The notes below the pieces were generated by a model. The model was not told the origin of the DNA, did no database searches, and worked only from the letters and a program-made list of their open reading frames with translations. Shown here piece by piece: positions 63,331 through 64,000 of a stretch of 64,000 nt of DNA; positions within the stretch are counted from its first letter, which is position 1, and each line of letters begins with the position of its first letter. The position numbers were made by a program, and so were the translations under genes. This stretch comes from Gnetum montanum (lineage: Eukaryota; Plantae; Gnetophyta), in contig MNCI01001903.1 in assembly GCA_015680685.1 (NCBI GenBank), positions 105,586-169,585 of the forward strand, read 5' to 3'.

Positions 63331-64000
63331 TGATGAGACGTGGTTCGCACAGGCCGCGATATCGCAGCTGACGTGATATCGCATCCCCCACGATATCGCA
63401 TATGCGATATCGCAGCTGATGTGATATCGCATCCCCCACGATATCGCATATGCGATATCACATCCTTCCCTACGATATCGCATATGCAATATCGCAGTCC
63501 GCCGCCATGTCTATAAATAAGAGGCGGCTCTCCCTTGTTCAGGATCCCAGCTTTAGAGTAGCGAAGCTCTGGCAGTTTGATCCCTCCAGAGTTAGAATTT
63601 TTCCCGTGTTTGCCCGCAGTGTGGTGAATGTAATTGTACGGTGTCTTTATTCGAGTGTGCCGTACTTGGACACGCACATGACCAGCAATAAAGATTGAGA
63701 TTATATCATCATTGCACTTAGTTTATTTATTTGCTATTTATTTAATGTTATTTATTTCTTTCATAGCGCGGTGTGAGTATGACTTGATTACGAGCATCCA
63801 CGGGTGTGTACGGCTAGTCAAGGAATCGGTTACTCATTGCGATTAGTCTCTCACCCTTAAACTCCTAGAAGCGGAACGAGTACGACTTGATTACGAGCAT
63901 TTAAGTGTGACTGCTTGGTAGCCCAGTGGTGTAGCTAGGGAGATCTACACTTGCTAACCCAGTGGCGTATTTGGGGTCTACGCTTGGTAATCCCAGTGGC
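63331..64000 (+). mobile_element. Start of a younger Athila-like LTR related to element B LTRs; runs off the window
   Basis: TGATGAGACGTG start; GCGATATCGC repeats; CTATAAATA; GAGTTAGAATTTTTCC; CAATAAAGA in the same order as in B LTRs; CpGs retained. Confidence 0.75.

Noticed and set aside
63261-63698. ORFs of 138, 61 and 82 aa
   Set aside because: They are translations of the palindromic repeat array in an LTR.

Overview
Plant-type heterochromatic window made almost entirely of nested, decayed Ty3/gypsy LTR retrotransposons. I found no intact host gene, RNA gene or CRISPR array, and most stop codons look like CG/CHG deamination products. Four related Tat-like elements share TGAAACA(C/T)C LTR starts; three show a tRNA-Asn PBS and two retain an RT-RH-aRH-INT pol. 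They are A (1-5224, -), C (17001-35918, +, full length), G (42447-~57065, +, internally deleted) and D (45705-~54200, -, 5'-truncated). C sits inside the RT of an Athila-like element B (12311-41242, tRNA-Asp PBS). D sits in G, and G sits in the LTR of element F (41661-62668, -, TSD ATTCT), whose retained ORF is gag-PR joined to an integrase C-terminus. Three short LTRs occupy 6-12 kb, and a young Athila-like LTR starts at 63331. The most interesting system is in the Tat-like family: gag-PR and RT-RH-aRH-INT are separated by ~5.8 kb carrying an antisense, multi-intron gene. Its intron positions and phases are conserved between diverged copies. By my reading it encodes an FCP1/NIF-like HAD domain lacking catalytic residues, then a plant-transposon-type domain and a coiled coil. 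The same elements carry arrays of a ~25-nt motif with covarying pseudoknot pairing downstream of the PR and INT coding regions, and a conserved hairpin over the PPT. All domain calls are by eye, with no database search.
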